Below are positions 48,924 to 58,401 of a stretch of DNA of 64,000 bases, one piece after another (position 1 is the stretch's first letter; every line of letters starts with the position of its first letter). The stretch covers positions 46,826-110,825 of the forward strand of contig CBDBEZ010000134.1 of the NCBI GenBank assembly GCA_965204485.1, written 5' to 3'. The position numbers and the translations under genes are program-made. The notes under the pieces are model-generated. The model did no database searches. It was not told the origin of the DNA and worked only from the letters and a program-made list of their open reading frames with translations. This stretch comes from Verrucomicrobiales bacterium (GTDB taxonomy: Bacteria > Verrucomicrobiota > Verrucomicrobiia > Verrucomicrobiales > DEV007).

Positions 48924-49193
48924 TGTAGACAGGGAAGTGCTTGATCACGATGGCGAACCAAAGTTCTGCAAGCCGGTCCGTCTTCACGGCATTGCTGTGG
49001 AAGAAATGGAGTAAGTGCTCATAGAAGTGTTCTGACAAACCGATAGCGCGGACGAAACTGGAAACCCCGAGGAGGTCATTGCGCACGGAGAAAGCGGCCA
49101 AGACGAGCAGAAACCAGAGAAAGGTGCGGGCTCTCGAGAAAGCGGGTCGCAGAAGACAGACGATATTCCACCAAGAAATCCAGAGATCCATAA
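48924..49193 (-). mobile_element. IS-H fragment (H4), transposase N-terminal ~90 codons, bounded by IS-B copy 5 and IS-H3
   Basis: MDLWISWWNIVCLLRPAFSRARTFLWFLL..HFPVY, then the IS-B terminus. Confidence 0.85.
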
Positions 49194-49594
49194 CTCGTGA
49201 GTGGGAAGTTCTCAGACCGGTTTCTCTTTGCCTGGCGTGTCTGTCTGACTGCGTAATAGAGCGATCTTCGCCTTGGATAGTTCAATGCTCAGATCGATCA
49301 GTTCGGTGGTCAGTTTCTTGAATTTCTTGTACTCCTCTGTTTCTTTTCGTAGTCTCTTCACGTGGTCTGGCCAGACGTGTTCAGTCCGGCTCCTCATCTT
49401 ATGCGTGTAGCTCAGTTGGTAATACACGCCGCGCTGGCGTTGTCGATCTCGGTATTGCTTGCTGATGCTCCCAGGCCGCATTGGCCCGATTGCAGCTAAC
49501 TTTGCCGCAAGTTTCTGGACTCTTTTTTCAGTGATCTGATCTTTTTCATGGTCATTACCTTATCTCGCGAGTGAGAAGTTCTGTAACTGGATCA

Positions 49595-51040
49595 TCATGC
49601 GGCGAAGCGTGAACCTTCGGAGCGAGTGAAGTCTATTTTATCAAGGATGAATTTTCGGAACGCTGAACCTTTTCCGCCGTGGTGCAAAAATCCAGGCAGC
49701 GTGTTTTTCAAGGCGGCTGAGACAATCATTTCCGAAGGCAGCACGTCTGGGCGGATGGTTCGGATCCAGGTTCCAAAGTGTTTCCAGACCAGACCGTCAC
49801 ATGTCATGGCAAGGTACTGTAACATGCCCTGAGCGATCATGCCGGTCTGCACAAACACATGATATGCGTGCATCTTTCTCTGCACCTGTCTGCGATATTT
49901 CTCGGTAGTCCGGTGGAGGTATTGGTTACCATTGCGACGCTTGAGCGGTCGCATAGCGGCCATCCAGAAATGGTATCCGAATGAGCCGACCGAATGCACC
50001 GCTTGCTTGAAAGCGACTTCGATCTTGAAACGCAAACTGTAGAGCAAGATGATCTCCTGAGCTTCCATGGTGAGGTCGGTAGACAAGAGGATGATCCGCC
50101 CTCTCGTGGGATGATCGACGAGAATGAAGCGGACCATCGCCCCGGCGGGCTTCCACAACAGATCCACCGACTTGAACCGGACAGAGATGTTTCTCTCCCC
50201 ATATACGGGACTGGGAACGGAACTGAAGCCGCCCGTTCCAAAGACATTCTGGAGCTTCACCGCAGCGCCATACTTTTTCGGTCGTCCGCGTTTGCGTTTG
50301 CGTGGCACTGCCGCAGGCCGAAAGCCGGTTGTCGTGCGTCGAACCCTCGTGACCAGCACACCGGAACGCCCCTTGGTGCTCCGGATCACCTTTCCGTTGG
50401 CGTAGTAGGCGTCGGCCAGCAAGACGAACTCCTGACCTCTACAGACGGATGCGAGCATCTCGTTGGCCTTGTCGATCAAGGTTCTCCTGTCGCGGTTTGA
50501 AGTGACGATACCTTCGTGAATGCGTGCACAGACCGGAACGCAGAAGAAGTATCCGCCAACCTGACAGAGCACGCCGAAGGCCTGAAAGGAATGGCTCATG
50601 ATGAAGTGAGGCTTGGAATTGGACTCGGACTGTTGATGCAGATACTTCACCGCAGGCATCTTGCGGCCCTCCTTGGACTTCTTGATGCCGTCGAGAACCA
50701 GGACGGGGCGACAACCGATCTTGTAGACAGGGAAGTGCTTGATCACGATGGCGAACCAAAGTTCTGCAAGCCGGTCCGTCTTCACGGCATTGCTGTGGAA
50801 GAAATGGAGTAAGTGCTCATAGAAGTGTTCTGACAAACCGAGAGCGCGGACGAAACTGGAAACCCCGAGGAGGTCATTGCGCACGGAGAAAGCGGCCAAG
50901 ACGAGCAGAAACCAGAGAAAGGTGCGGGCTCTCGAGAAAGCGGGTCGCAGAAAACAGACGATATTCCACCAAGAAATCCAGAGATCCATAACAAATGATT
51001 TGATTTTCCTAGACATTCGCATATATAAGGTAATGACCAT
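49595..51040 (-). CDS. IS-H DDE transposase (481 aa, intact), copy 2
   Basis: Differs from 20237-21682 by one residue near the N-terminus. Confidence 0.8.
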   Translation of the reverse strand: MVITLYMRMSRKIKSFVMDLWISWWNIVCFLRPAFSRARTFLWFLLVLAAFSVRNDLLGVSSFVRALGLSEHFYEHLLHFFHSNAVKTDRLAELWFAIVIKHFPVYKIGCRPVLVLDGIKKSKEGRKMPAVKYLHQQSESNSKPHFIMSHSFQAFGVLCQVGGYFFCVPVCARIHEGIVTSNRDRRTLIDKANEMLASVCRGQEFVLLADAYYANGKVIRSTKGRSGVLVTRVRRTTTGFRPAAVPRKRKRGRPKKYGAAVKLQNVFGTGGFSSVPSPVYGERNISVRFKSVDLLWKPAGAMVRFILVDHPTRGRIILLSTDLTMEAQEIILLYSLRFKIEVAFKQAVHSVGSFGYHFWMAAMRPLKRRNGNQYLHRTTEKYRRQVQRKMHAYHVFVQTGMIAQGMLQYLAMTCDGLVWKHFGTWIRTIRPDVLPSEMIVSAALKNTLPGFLHHGGKGSAFRKFILDKIDFTRSEGSRFAA

Positions 51041-51106
51041 GAAAAAGATCAGATCACTGAAAAAAGAATCCAGAAACTTGCGGCAAAGTTAGCTGCAATC
51101 GGGCCA

Positions 51107-51376
51107 ATGCGGCCTGGGAGCATCAGCAAGCAATACCGAGATCGACAACGCCAGCGCGGCGTGTATTACCAACTGAGCTACACGCATGAGATGAGGAGCC
51201 AGACTGAACACGTCTGGCCAGACCACGTGAAGGGACTACGAAAAGAAACAGAGGAGTACAAGAAATTCAAGAAACTGACCACCGAACTGATCGATCTGAG
51301 CATTGAACTATCCAAGGCGAAGATCGCTCTATTACGCAGTCAGACAGACACGCCAGGCAAAGAGAAACCGGTCTGA
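51107..51376 (+). CDS. IS-H small divergent ORF (89 aa), copy 2
   Basis: Near-identical to 21749-22018. Confidence 0.45.
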   Translation: MRPGSISKQYRDRQRQRGVYYQLSYTHEMRSQTEHVWPDHVKGLRKETEEYKKFKKLTTELIDLSIELSKAKIALLRSQTDTPGKEKPV

Positions 51377-51438
51377 GAACTTCCCACTCACGAGACCTTA
51401 TATATGCGAATGTCTAGGAAAATCAAATCATTTGTTAT

Positions 51439-51478
51439 GGATCTCTGGATCTCTGGATCTCTGGATTTCTGGATTTCT
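51439..51478. repeat. 8-bp tandem repeats (GGATCTCT x3, GGATTTCT x2) in the IS-H3 transposase 5' region
   Basis: H1 and H2 have one unit of each. The 24-nt in-frame expansion turns MDLWISWWN into MDLWISGSLDFWISWWN. Confidence 0.9.
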
Positions 51479-52929
51479 TGGTGGAATATCGTCTGTCTTC
51501 TGCGACCCGCTTTCTCGAGAGCCCGCACCTTTCTCTGGTTTCTGCTCGTCTTGGCCGCTTTCTCCGTGCGCAATGACCTCCTCGGGGTTTCCAGTTTCGT
51601 CCGCGCTCTCGGTTTGTCAGAACACTTCTATGAGCACTTACTCCATTTCTTCCACAGCAATGCCGTGAAGACGGACCGGCTTGCAGAACTTTGGTTCGCC
51701 ATCGTGATCAAGCACTTCCCTGTCTACAAGATCGGTTGTCGCCCCGTCCTGGTTCTCGACGGCATCAAGGAAGTCCAAGGAGGGCCGCAAGATGCCTGCG
51801 GTGAAGTATCTGCATCAACAGTCCGAGTCCAATTCCAAGCCTCACTTCATCATGAGCCATTCCTTTCAGGCCTTCGGCGTGCTCTGTCAGGTTGGCGGAT
51901 ACTTCTTCTGCGTTCCGGTCTGTGCACGCATTCACGAAGGTATCGTCACTTCAAACCGCGACAGGAGAACCTTGATCGACAAGGCCAACGAGATGCTCGC
52001 ATCCGTCTGTAGAGGTCAGGAGTTCGTCTTGCTGGCCGACGCCTACTACGCCAACGGAAAGGTGATCCGGAGCACCAAGGGGCGTTCCGGTGTGCTGGTC
52101 ACGAGGGTTCGACGCACGACAACCGGCTTTCGGCCTGCGGCAGTGCCACGCAAACGCAAACGCGGACGACCGAAAAAGTATGGCGCTGCGGTGAAGCTCC
52201 AGAATGTCTTTGGAACGGGCGGCTTCAGTTCCGTTCCCAGTCCCGTATATGGGGAGAGAAACATCTCTGTCCGGTTCAAGTCGGTGGATCTGTTGTGGAA
52301 GCCCGCCGGGGCGATGGTCCGCTTCATTCTCGTCGATCATCCCACGAGAGGGCGGATCATCCTCTTGTCTACCGACCTCACCATGGAAGCTCAGGAGATC
52401 ATCTTGCTCTACAGTTTGCGTTTCAAGATCGAAGTCGCTTTCAAGCAAGCGGTGCATTCGGTCGGCTCATTCGGATACCATTTCTGGATGGCCGCTATGC
52501 GACCGCTCAAGCGTCGCAATGGTAACCAATACCTCCACCGGACTACCGAGAAATATCGCAGACAGGTGCAGAGAAAAATGCACGCATATCATGTGTTTGT
52601 GCAGACCGGCATGATCGCTCAGGGCATGTTACAGTACCTTGCCATGACATGTGACGGTCTGGTCTGGAAACACTTTGGAACCTGGATCCGAACCATCCGC
52701 CCAGACGTGCTGCCTTTGGAAATGATTGTCTCAGCCGCCTTGAAAAACACGCTGCCTGGATTTTTGCACCACGGCGGAAAAAGTTCAGCGTTCCGAAAAT
52801 TCATCCTTGATAAAATAGACTTCACTCGCTCCGAAGGTTCACGCTTCGCCGCATGATGATCTAGTTACAGAACTTCTCACTCACGAGTAAAATGGTGTCT
52901 CAGAAAAAAAGGAGGCACTTCAGTTTTAT

Positions 52930-53595
52930 TTGTCTCAGGATTTTAGTGAGTTCTCCACAATTTTAGAGAATCCCGGATTTGAGAAAATCGTTGAGGAGTT
53001 GGTGGAGGTTGATCCTGACGCTCTGGCGGAAATATTGGGATCAGCCTCACGCACCAGTTTCGTTAAATCTAATAACGATACTCAGAAAGAGAAAATTAAT
53101 GAAATGATTCTCGATTTGTACTCCAAAGATTTGATTTTGGATAATGATTTGGCCGGCATGGTGGTGCGTAACGCTGATAGGGATCCATTTGATTTATGGT
53201 CTTGGATCTCAAATTCTGAAATGGGAGTCACGAAGCCTAAGACTTTTGAGGGACAAGTGCGCAGTGGGGTTGTTAGGCGACTGGTTGAACGCGATGCTCC
53301 AAAAGCACTAGCTGAAATCTCAGCAAATGAATCAGCTACCACAGAGTTGGCTCAGGCCATTACTGTTTGGGGTAAGAATAGTCCACAGAAAGCGAATGAA
53401 TGGTATATAAACGAACGTGTTAATCTGACGCAGGCACAGCAAGATGCTTCTGCATCAGCATTCGCTAATTTGGCGCTGGATTACTTTGAGCATAGTGGGG
53501 CCGAGACATGGGCAAACCAAATTAACGATCCCGAAATTCGTGATGCTCTACTAGCTAAGATTTCTGGTTCGGATAAACAGGTCGTAACTGATTAG
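52930..53595 (+). CDS. Hypothetical protein or gene fragment in a low-GC segment (221 aa, TTG start after AAGGAGG)
   Basis: The ORF spans an AT-rich patch (by eye about 40% GC against about 60% elsewhere). Helical repeat-like sequence (..APKALAEISANES..NSPQKANEWY..DPEIRDALLAKI). The stop codon lies inside the IS-D terminus. Confidence 0.45.
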   Translation: MSQDFSEFSTILENPGFEKIVEELVEVDPDALAEILGSASRTSFVKSNNDTQKEKINEMILDLYSKDLILDNDLAGMVVRNADRDPFDLWSWISNSEMGVTKPKTFEGQVRSGVVRRLVERDAPKALAEISANESATTELAQAITVWGKNSPQKANEWYINERVNLTQAQQDASASAFANLALDYFEHSGAETWANQINDPEIRDALLAKISGSDKQVVTD

Positions 53596-54411
53596 CTCTT
53601 GACAGCTTCGATAATTAAGACATCTTAACCATTGATGTCGTCCGATTCTCTTGAATCGCTCCCCACGAGAGAACTGATCCGGCTCGTCCGCGATCTACGG
53701 GAGCGGTTTGCTCAGTTGGAGGCGAAGAATCTCAAGCTTCGCGAGGAAGATCGAAGACTGCGCAAAGAATTGGATGAGTTGAAGCGCAAGCAGAACAGAT
53801 CGGCGGCTCCGTTCTCGAAGGGAAAACCCGAGGCCAACCCGAAAAGACCGGGACGCAAGCCGGGTCAAGGGTCCTTCCGGCGGCGGGAGGAACCGGAGAT
53901 TGGGCCGGATGACAATGTTCGAAGCATGGAAGCCCGATTGCCCAAGGGGCGGTCGTCAAATTGTCCTCGATGCGGAGGCAGGCTTGGAACTCGTCTGGAG
54001 ACGGCAAGCACGGTCGATGTGCCGGAAAAGATTGCCCGAGACATATCGACCTGGAAAGTGGAAGTCGAAGAATGCAGTTGTGGCTACTGCGCGCGAGGAA
54101 CTCACCGGGACTTGCCGCTCGACCCACACGGGGCCACCGCTCACCGTGTGGGTCCCAGGGTTCGGTCGTTTGGACTGGCTCTGCACTATCACTTCGGGGT
54201 GACTCTACGCAAAGTTCCTCCGATTGTTCGCGAGATTTGCGGCATTGATCTCAGCCAGAGCGCCCTGACACAAGACGCCCTGAAATTGGGAAACGGCGAT
54301 GGAGCGATCAGCCAAGAAGCGGAGCGAATCAAAGCAGCCATCCAGCAATCCGATGACGTCAACACGGATGATACGGGATGGCGAACGGGGGGCAAGACGA
54401 GCTACCTGATG
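53584..54411 (+). mobile_element. IS66-family element (IS-D) left-part fragment with a 16-nt deletion in its terminal repeat
   Basis: GTAACTGATTAGC|TCTTGACAGC against GGTAACTGATTAGCGCATCTAACAAGCTCTTGACAGC. Encodes residues 1-262 (MMSSDSLESL..DDTGWRTGGKTSYLMG), then abuts the end of the full inverted copy. Confidence 0.85.
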
Positions 54412-55965
54412 GGTAACTGATTAGCGCTCCTAACCAGCAAACGCCACAGGCATCTCATGCAAGGGTACGCTCGCCTGCGATGATTTTGGCAAGCGACTTG
54501 AATACGGAACTCGCTCCTCGCAGCGAGAGAGTCGAGAGCACACTCTCGAATGCCGCGTAGGCATTGGCTCCCCGCTCCGTCTTGGAACATTGCGACACCT
54601 TGCGGGCGACGATCGCCGGCCTGAGCATCCGCTCGGCGATGTTGTTGGTCGGCTCTACCTCCGGATCCTCCAGGAACATCGTTAAATTCCCTTGGTCAAA
54701 GTGCCGGCCAAGCTCATTGCGCATGCGTTGGTTGTCGGAATCTTTGAGCGTCCGGTCCCGCAGGTAATGATCGAGTTCATAGATCTTTTTCAAGCTCTCT
54801 TCCTCGTATTGGTTTAAAGTCGACTCGCCGTTGTGGTACTGCTGCCAAAGCCTCAGACACTGTCGAAGCGAATTCTTCAGTCCCTCGCAGAAACTTCGTG
54901 CCCGCCCTCGCTTCTTCTCCAGAACTTCAGAGAGATTCTTCACAATATGGCTCATGCACTTTTGCATGTCCATCTGCGAAAATCGCTCCGCGTCGTAGCT
55001 CCGGAACCGATCGGTTCCAAGCACACACTCACAGGCCGCCGTGATGACTTCGGCCACTTCTTCGGCTCGGTGGCGTGATCGAATCTGAAAATACACCGCA
55101 TTCTCCTGGCGGCTCACGAATCCCATCAGGCAACTCGTCTTGCTCCCCGTTCGCCATCCCGTATCATCCGTGTTGACGTCATCGGATTGCTGGATGGCTG
55201 CTTTGATTCGCTCCGCTTCTTGGCTGATCGCTCCATCGCCGTTTCCCAATTTCAGGGCGCCTTGTGTCAGGGCGCTCTGGCTGAGATCAATGCCGCAAAT
55301 CTCGCGAACAATCGGAGGAACTTTGCGTAGAGTCACCCCGAAGTGATAGTGCAGAGCCAGTCCAAACGACCGAACCCTGGGACCCACACGGTGAGCGGTG
55401 GCCCCGTGTTGGTCGAGCGGCAAGTCCCGGTGAGTTCCTCGCGCGCAGTAGCCACAACTGCATGCTTCGACTTCCACTTTCCAGATCGATATGTCTCGGG
55501 CAATCTTTTCCGGCACATCGACCGTGCTTGCCGTCTCCAGACGAGTTCCAAGCCTGCCTCCGCATCGAGGACAATTTGACGACCGCCCCTTGGGCAATCG
55601 GGCTTCCATGCTTCGAACATTGTCATCCGGCCCAATCTCCGGTTCCTCCCGCCGCCGGAAGGACCCTTGGCCCGGCTTGCGTCCCGGTCTTTTCGGGTTG
55701 GCCTCGGGTTTTCCCTTCGAGAACGGAGCCGCCGATCTGTTCTGCTTGCGCTTCAACTCATCCAATTCTTTGCGCAATCTTCGATCTTCCTCGCGAAGCT
55801 TGAGATTCTCCGCCTCCAACTGAGCAAACCGCTCCCGTAGATCGCGGACGAGCCGGATCAGTTCTCTCGTGGGGAGCGATTCAAGAGAATCGGACGACAT
55901 CAATGGTTGAGATGCCTTAATTATCGAAGCTGTCAAGAGCTTGTTAGATGCGCTAATCAGTTACC
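54412..55965 (-). mobile_element. IS66-family element (IS-D), complete 1554-bp copy
   Basis: Imperfect ~26-bp TIRs GGTAACTGATTAGCGCTCCTAACCAGC / GCTTGTTAGATGCGCTAATCAGTTACC. No TSD (flanks are the IS-D fragment and an IS1182-like fragment). Confidence 0.88.
54455..55936 (-). CDS. IS66-family transposase (single ORF, up to 493 aa)
   Basis: Leucine-zipper N-terminus, CPRCGG..CSCGYC zinc motif, DDTGWRTG, ..QKCMSHIVKN.. and PTNNIAERMLRPAIVARKVS, as in IS66-type transposases. Confidence 0.88.
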   Translation of the reverse strand: MTASIIKASQPLMSSDSLESLPTRELIRLVRDLRERFAQLEAENLKLREEDRRLRKELDELKRKQNRSAAPFSKGKPEANPKRPGRKPGQGSFRRREEPEIGPDDNVRSMEARLPKGRSSNCPRCGGRLGTRLETASTVDVPEKIARDISIWKVEVEACSCGYCARGTHRDLPLDQHGATAHRVGPRVRSFGLALHYHFGVTLRKVPPIVREICGIDLSQSALTQGALKLGNGDGAISQEAERIKAAIQQSDDVNTDDTGWRTGSKTSCLMGFVSRQENAVYFQIRSRHRAEEVAEVITAACECVLGTDRFRSYDAERFSQMDMQKCMSHIVKNLSEVLEKKRGRARSFCEGLKNSLRQCLRLWQQYHNGESTLNQYEEESLKKIYELDHYLRDRTLKDSDNQRMRNELGRHFDQGNLTMFLEDPEVEPTNNIAERMLRPAIVARKVSQCSKTERGANAYAAFESVLSTLSLRGASSVFKSLAKIIAGERTLA

Positions 55966-56910
55966 ATCATTCTCTTGCTCTTGCTGATAAGTGGCCAGGT
56001 TCTCAGCAGCCTGATCCAACATCGGCGTTAGTTGCCGCAAATCGGTGGCCTCATTGACAGCATCGGAGGCCACCACAATTTGATTCTCCGAATCAACGAC
56101 GGCCTGGGCGTTATATCCAAAGGGCTTTCCCCCTGTGTTGGCTTTCACACGTCGTGCTTCAGGTTCAAGCGGGTGAATATGCTTTACGGTCGGGTTGGTG
56201 TCGAGCGTCTCGATCGCCTCTTGCATGGCTTTCTTAAGCACCTCTTTCTTCTCAAGTTCCTTTGGCAACTCTGCGGAGGGTTGCTCATCACCGGCCTGGG
56301 AGCGCTCGATCTCCTCCTCCAAAACCTTGATTTGTTCGTCAAGCCGCTCAATTCGCTTGGCCAGGTCCTCCTTGTCGTACTTCTTCCCGGCATGAGCGGC
56401 CGCCTGAATCTTTGTTCCGTCGACTGCTTGTAAGGTCAGCCCTACGAGCCCCATCTCGCAGCTTGTCGTCACGCTTTGCTTGAACAGGTTGCGAATAGCT
56501 TTCTGACGTTGACTCTAAAACCGCCAGAGCGTGTTGTGGTCGGGCACCTGATTGCCGCATAGCCAGATAAAGCCCAAGTCGTTTCGGCATGCCTCCTCCA
56601 ACTTACGCGAGCTGCGGATCTTCTTGAAATAGCCGTAGAGCCAGAGTCGCAGAAGCAGGGCCGGGGCGAAGGGTGGACGGCCAGCGGTCCCGAAGTCCCG
56701 CACTTCAATGCCGAGATCCATCAAATCGAGGGATTCGACAAAGCAACGAATGAATCGCGCCGGGTGAGTCGGGCCGACCCAGTCCTCGATGCTGGGAGGT
56801 AAGATGTGAAGTTGATCGAAATCAGCGTCAATGTGAGTCACACCGAAACCAATACCCACGCTCGCGGCGGCGCCAACGATTTTTTCGAAAAACTCCACGG
56901 AGTAGAGCAA
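55966..56910 (-). pseudogene. IS1182-family transposase N-terminal two-thirds, with an in-frame TAG and truncated by IS-D
   Basis: ..GRPPFAPALLLRLWLYGYFKKIRSSRKLEEACRNDLGFIWLCGNQVPDHNTLWRF*SQRQKAIRNLFKQ..LQAVDGTKIQAAA.. plus a coiled-coil KRIERLDEQIKVLEEEIE. The stop falls after WRF at about 56512-56514. Confidence 0.7.
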
Positions 56911-57043
56911 TCATATTGCACTCGTCCGGCCGTCACACGAAAACCCGGGTTTTGAGACAGCCTCAGGACGTCCGCCCTCCCCATGAGGAAACCTTCTTGG
57001 CGGACCGCGTGGCCGAGCCATCCGTCACGGATCGCTCGCCCAT

Positions 57044-58300
57044 TCAAGGCTGAAGCTGAACTTCAAGCTCGCTCCAATAAAACAGTGTCGGGTCCATCCG
57101 GCCGGTGAGATGCTTCGCAATCGCACGCAGCGTGCGGGGCACCTTGCCGGAATACACCGCTCGCCCCTGATGCAGCACCCGAATCTCCTCGTCGAGATCG
57201 ATCAGCGCATCCGTGAGGAGGAGGCCGCATTGGCCGAGTCCCTCGGCTTCTTCAATGGTCACGGTCTGACCCCCCACCGAGGCCACCAGCTTCTGACCCT
57301 TGACGGCGTCTTCCCGCGCCACCGAGAGCCAATAAAAACGGTCGTGAGTCACGTCGTCTTGCAACCACACCACCCGGTCGGGATGCGCTTCACGAGTGAA
57401 TTTCGCCATCCACCGCACGGCGACCGCGTCTTCTCGCTCCATCCAGTGACCCTTCCCCTCATGTATCTCAACATGGTGCGCGTAACCTCCCGGATCGGCC
57501 TCATGCAGCGACTTCAAGAGTGTCTTCCATTCCCTGGCCACCGCATTGCGCTTGAAAGCCGCATCCTCACCGCCCATGTGCAGCGTGAAACCCAGGTTGC
57601 GCAATCCGTCAGGACGCGCCTCGTTGGGATGCCCCGCCATCATGGCCGCCGCCGCCAAACGGTCGGCCCACCGCGGTGCCAGCTGATAAACCCCGTCCCC
57701 GCCGGCCGAGTACCCCATCAGATAAACCTTGTTAGGATTCACCTCTCCGAGGATCACGAAGTTCTCCACCAGGCGATCGAACAAGCCATCGATATGGCCT
57801 TGGTGCCACAGATTCCAGGTGTCCGTCGGAGCCCTCGGCGCCAGGTAGACTCCCTCCTCGGGCTCGTAGAGTCCGATTTGATTGCGCCACTGGCGATCAT
57901 TGATCTCGGGCCGCGTTCCTCCTCCGCCGTGCAAGGAAAGGTAGAGTGAGTGGCCGCCCTCGGGCCGGGGGCCAAAGGTCTTGAACTCAAAACGCAGCGT
58001 TTTTCCGTCTCGCACGATTTCCTTGGCCTCGATCTCCGCCCGGCGCTCCGCGCGTGACTCGTCCGCCAGGGTGTCCCAGAGCAGGTCGTGAGAAGTGCGA
58101 GCCGCTTCCTCGTCCAGAGGCTCCCGCGCGAAGGCCTGAGAACTCAGGTCCGGCCGTTCCTCGCCGGGCATCGCCAGCCAGCCCTTGAACGCGTCCAGCG
58201 CCCGAGCCTGCGCGTCCTCCGCCCCCATCAGGGAGGCGTTCCCGCCCAACCCCACGACCAAGACCAGGATGATTGCCGGAATCAACTGCCACGGTTTCAT
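57044..58300 (-). CDS. Secreted alpha/beta-hydrolase (esterase-like)
   Basis: Signal peptide ..GGNASLMGA, nucleophile elbow GYSAGG, LHGGGG oxyanion-like motif; 418 aa. Confidence 0.7.
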   Translation of the reverse strand: MKPWQLIPAIILVLVVGLGGNASLMGAEDAQARALDAFKGWLAMPGEERPDLSSQAFAREPLDEEAARTSHDLLWDTLADESRAERRAEIEAKEIVRDGKTLRFEFKTFGPRPEGGHSLYLSLHGGGGTRPEINDRQWRNQIGLYEPEEGVYLAPRAPTDTWNLWHQGHIDGLFDRLVENFVILGEVNPNKVYLMGYSAGGDGVYQLAPRWADRLAAAAMMAGHPNEARPDGLRNLGFTLHMGGEDAAFKRNAVAREWKTLLKSLHEADPGGYAHHVEIHEGKGHWMEREDAVAVRWMAKFTREAHPDRVVWLQDDVTHDRFYWLSVAREDAVKGQKLVASVGGQTVTIEEAEGLGQCGLLLTDALIDLDEEIRVLHQGRAVYSGKVPRTLRAIAKHLTGRMDPTLFYWSELEVQLQP

Positions 58301-58401
58301 CCACCGACCATAAGCCCGTTCTCCACCCTGGCAACGGGAGCTCGCGAACGAACTTAATCGTTGACCCCGCGTCCATTTCCAGGACGCTGAGCGGGAGATT
58401 T

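Larger units (their letters stand above)
49564..51394 (-). mobile_element. IS-H copy 2 (H2), complete 1831 bp, 7-bp TSD, inserted into IS-H3
   Basis: ACCTTAT is duplicated at 49557-49563 and 51395-51401. The target lies between the H3 small ORF and its transposase start. Confidence 0.92.
49194..52887 (+). mobile_element. IS-H copy 3 (H3), both ends present, carrying nested IS-H copy 2
   Basis: Termini CTCGTGAGTGGGAAGTTCT at 49194 and AGAACTTCTCACTCACGAG at 52887. The transposase (51404-52856) has a 24-nt repeat expansion and a 1-nt insertion near 51770. The small ORF is at 49212-49481 (minus strand). Confidence 0.9.

Noticed and set aside
58273-58401. N-terminal extension of the E2 ORF (MPESTATVSSTDHKPVLHPGNGSS..) and the analogous extension of metF (61014-61298)
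   Set aside because: The extensions lack homology-like features and overlap upstream intergenic or neighbouring-gene sequence. The canonical N-termini (MPKVPIIMPQLGES.. and MHIRDIL..FSFEFFPP) start at internal Mets.
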